Assembly (NCBI RefSeq): GCF_004010195.1
Contig: NW_025215369.1
Location: forward strand, 1-35,906
From: Chiloscyllium plagiosum
Taxonomy: Eukaryota
Length of the DNA: 35,906 bases
Reading direction: 5' to 3'
Numbering within the stretch: position 1 is the first letter of the stretch; the number at the start of each line of letters is the position of its first letter. Positions 35,385-35,906 of this stretch are shown here, piece after piece. Position numbers and translations under genes: made by a program. The notes under the pieces are model-generated. The model did not search any database, was not told the DNA's origin, and saw only the letters and a list, made by a program, of their open reading frames with translations.

Positions 35385-35880
35385 AGTTTCCCTTACCCTG
35401 TACATATTCATCGCTATTGCCCTGTATTTTGGCACTCTGTTTCCCTGTATTTAAGTATTTATGTTTCCCTGTATGCAAACCTCTCCCTGTTAATCTGCAT
35501 TTACTTGTATCGCTGTTCCCTTGTATGTAACCCACACTTTTTCCCATGTTTAATTCTCTGCTGTTTACTGTGTCTTTCATCTTCTTGCTCTCTGTATTTG
35601 AGACACTCCCTGTTATTCTGTATTTGAGCCGTGATCTGTATTCAGTCCTCTCTATTCCCTTCCCTGTATTTAATCCTCTTACTCTTAGTCTGCCATTAGT
35701 CCTCACCCATTACTCTTTCCTTACTCCTGTCTTATCTACGTTCAATGCTTCCTATTCCCCTGTATCTAACCACCTCTCTCTTACCCTGTTTTCAATCCTC
35801 TCTGTTATTTGTGATTTTATCATGTTCGTATTAGTTTACATTAAATCCTCTCATAACTACTTTCCACTGAACCCGCTAAA
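35385..35880. repeat. Highly degenerate pyrimidine-rich tandem repeat (~24-bp period)
   Basis: CCCTGTA recurs at ~35396, 35419, 35443 and 35467, with weaker copies onward. Confidence 0.55.
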
Positions 35881-35906
35881 TTTAAACTCTGCCCATCACA
35901 ATCTTT

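Overview
Repeat-dense vertebrate DNA, most likely a shark (inferred from HE1/V-SINE-type SINEs and shark-like CR1, Tx1 and Penelope families). No host protein-coding exon is recognisable. Positions 1 to ~19,657 are a degenerate ~73-bp tandem satellite (roughly 180 monomers). About half of each monomer looks like the 3' terminus of a CR1 LINE. The array is interrupted by 10 Penelope-like (GIY-YIG) insertions and 2 SINEs. Seven of the 10 Penelope insertions fall in the same ~16-bp phase of the monomer, six of them with 11-16 bp target-site duplications (TSDs). Many carry minimal hammerhead ribozyme (HHR) motifs, including a tandem pair 210 nt apart and several foldback pseudo-LTR (pLTR) insertions. 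From ~19.7 kb to 35.9 kb the window is a mosaic of decayed CR1, Penelope, Tx1-like and SINE fragments, with a minisatellite born inside a CR1 ORF2 and a short CpG-rich promoter-like island. All calls are from reading the sequence by eye, and element boundaries are approximate.
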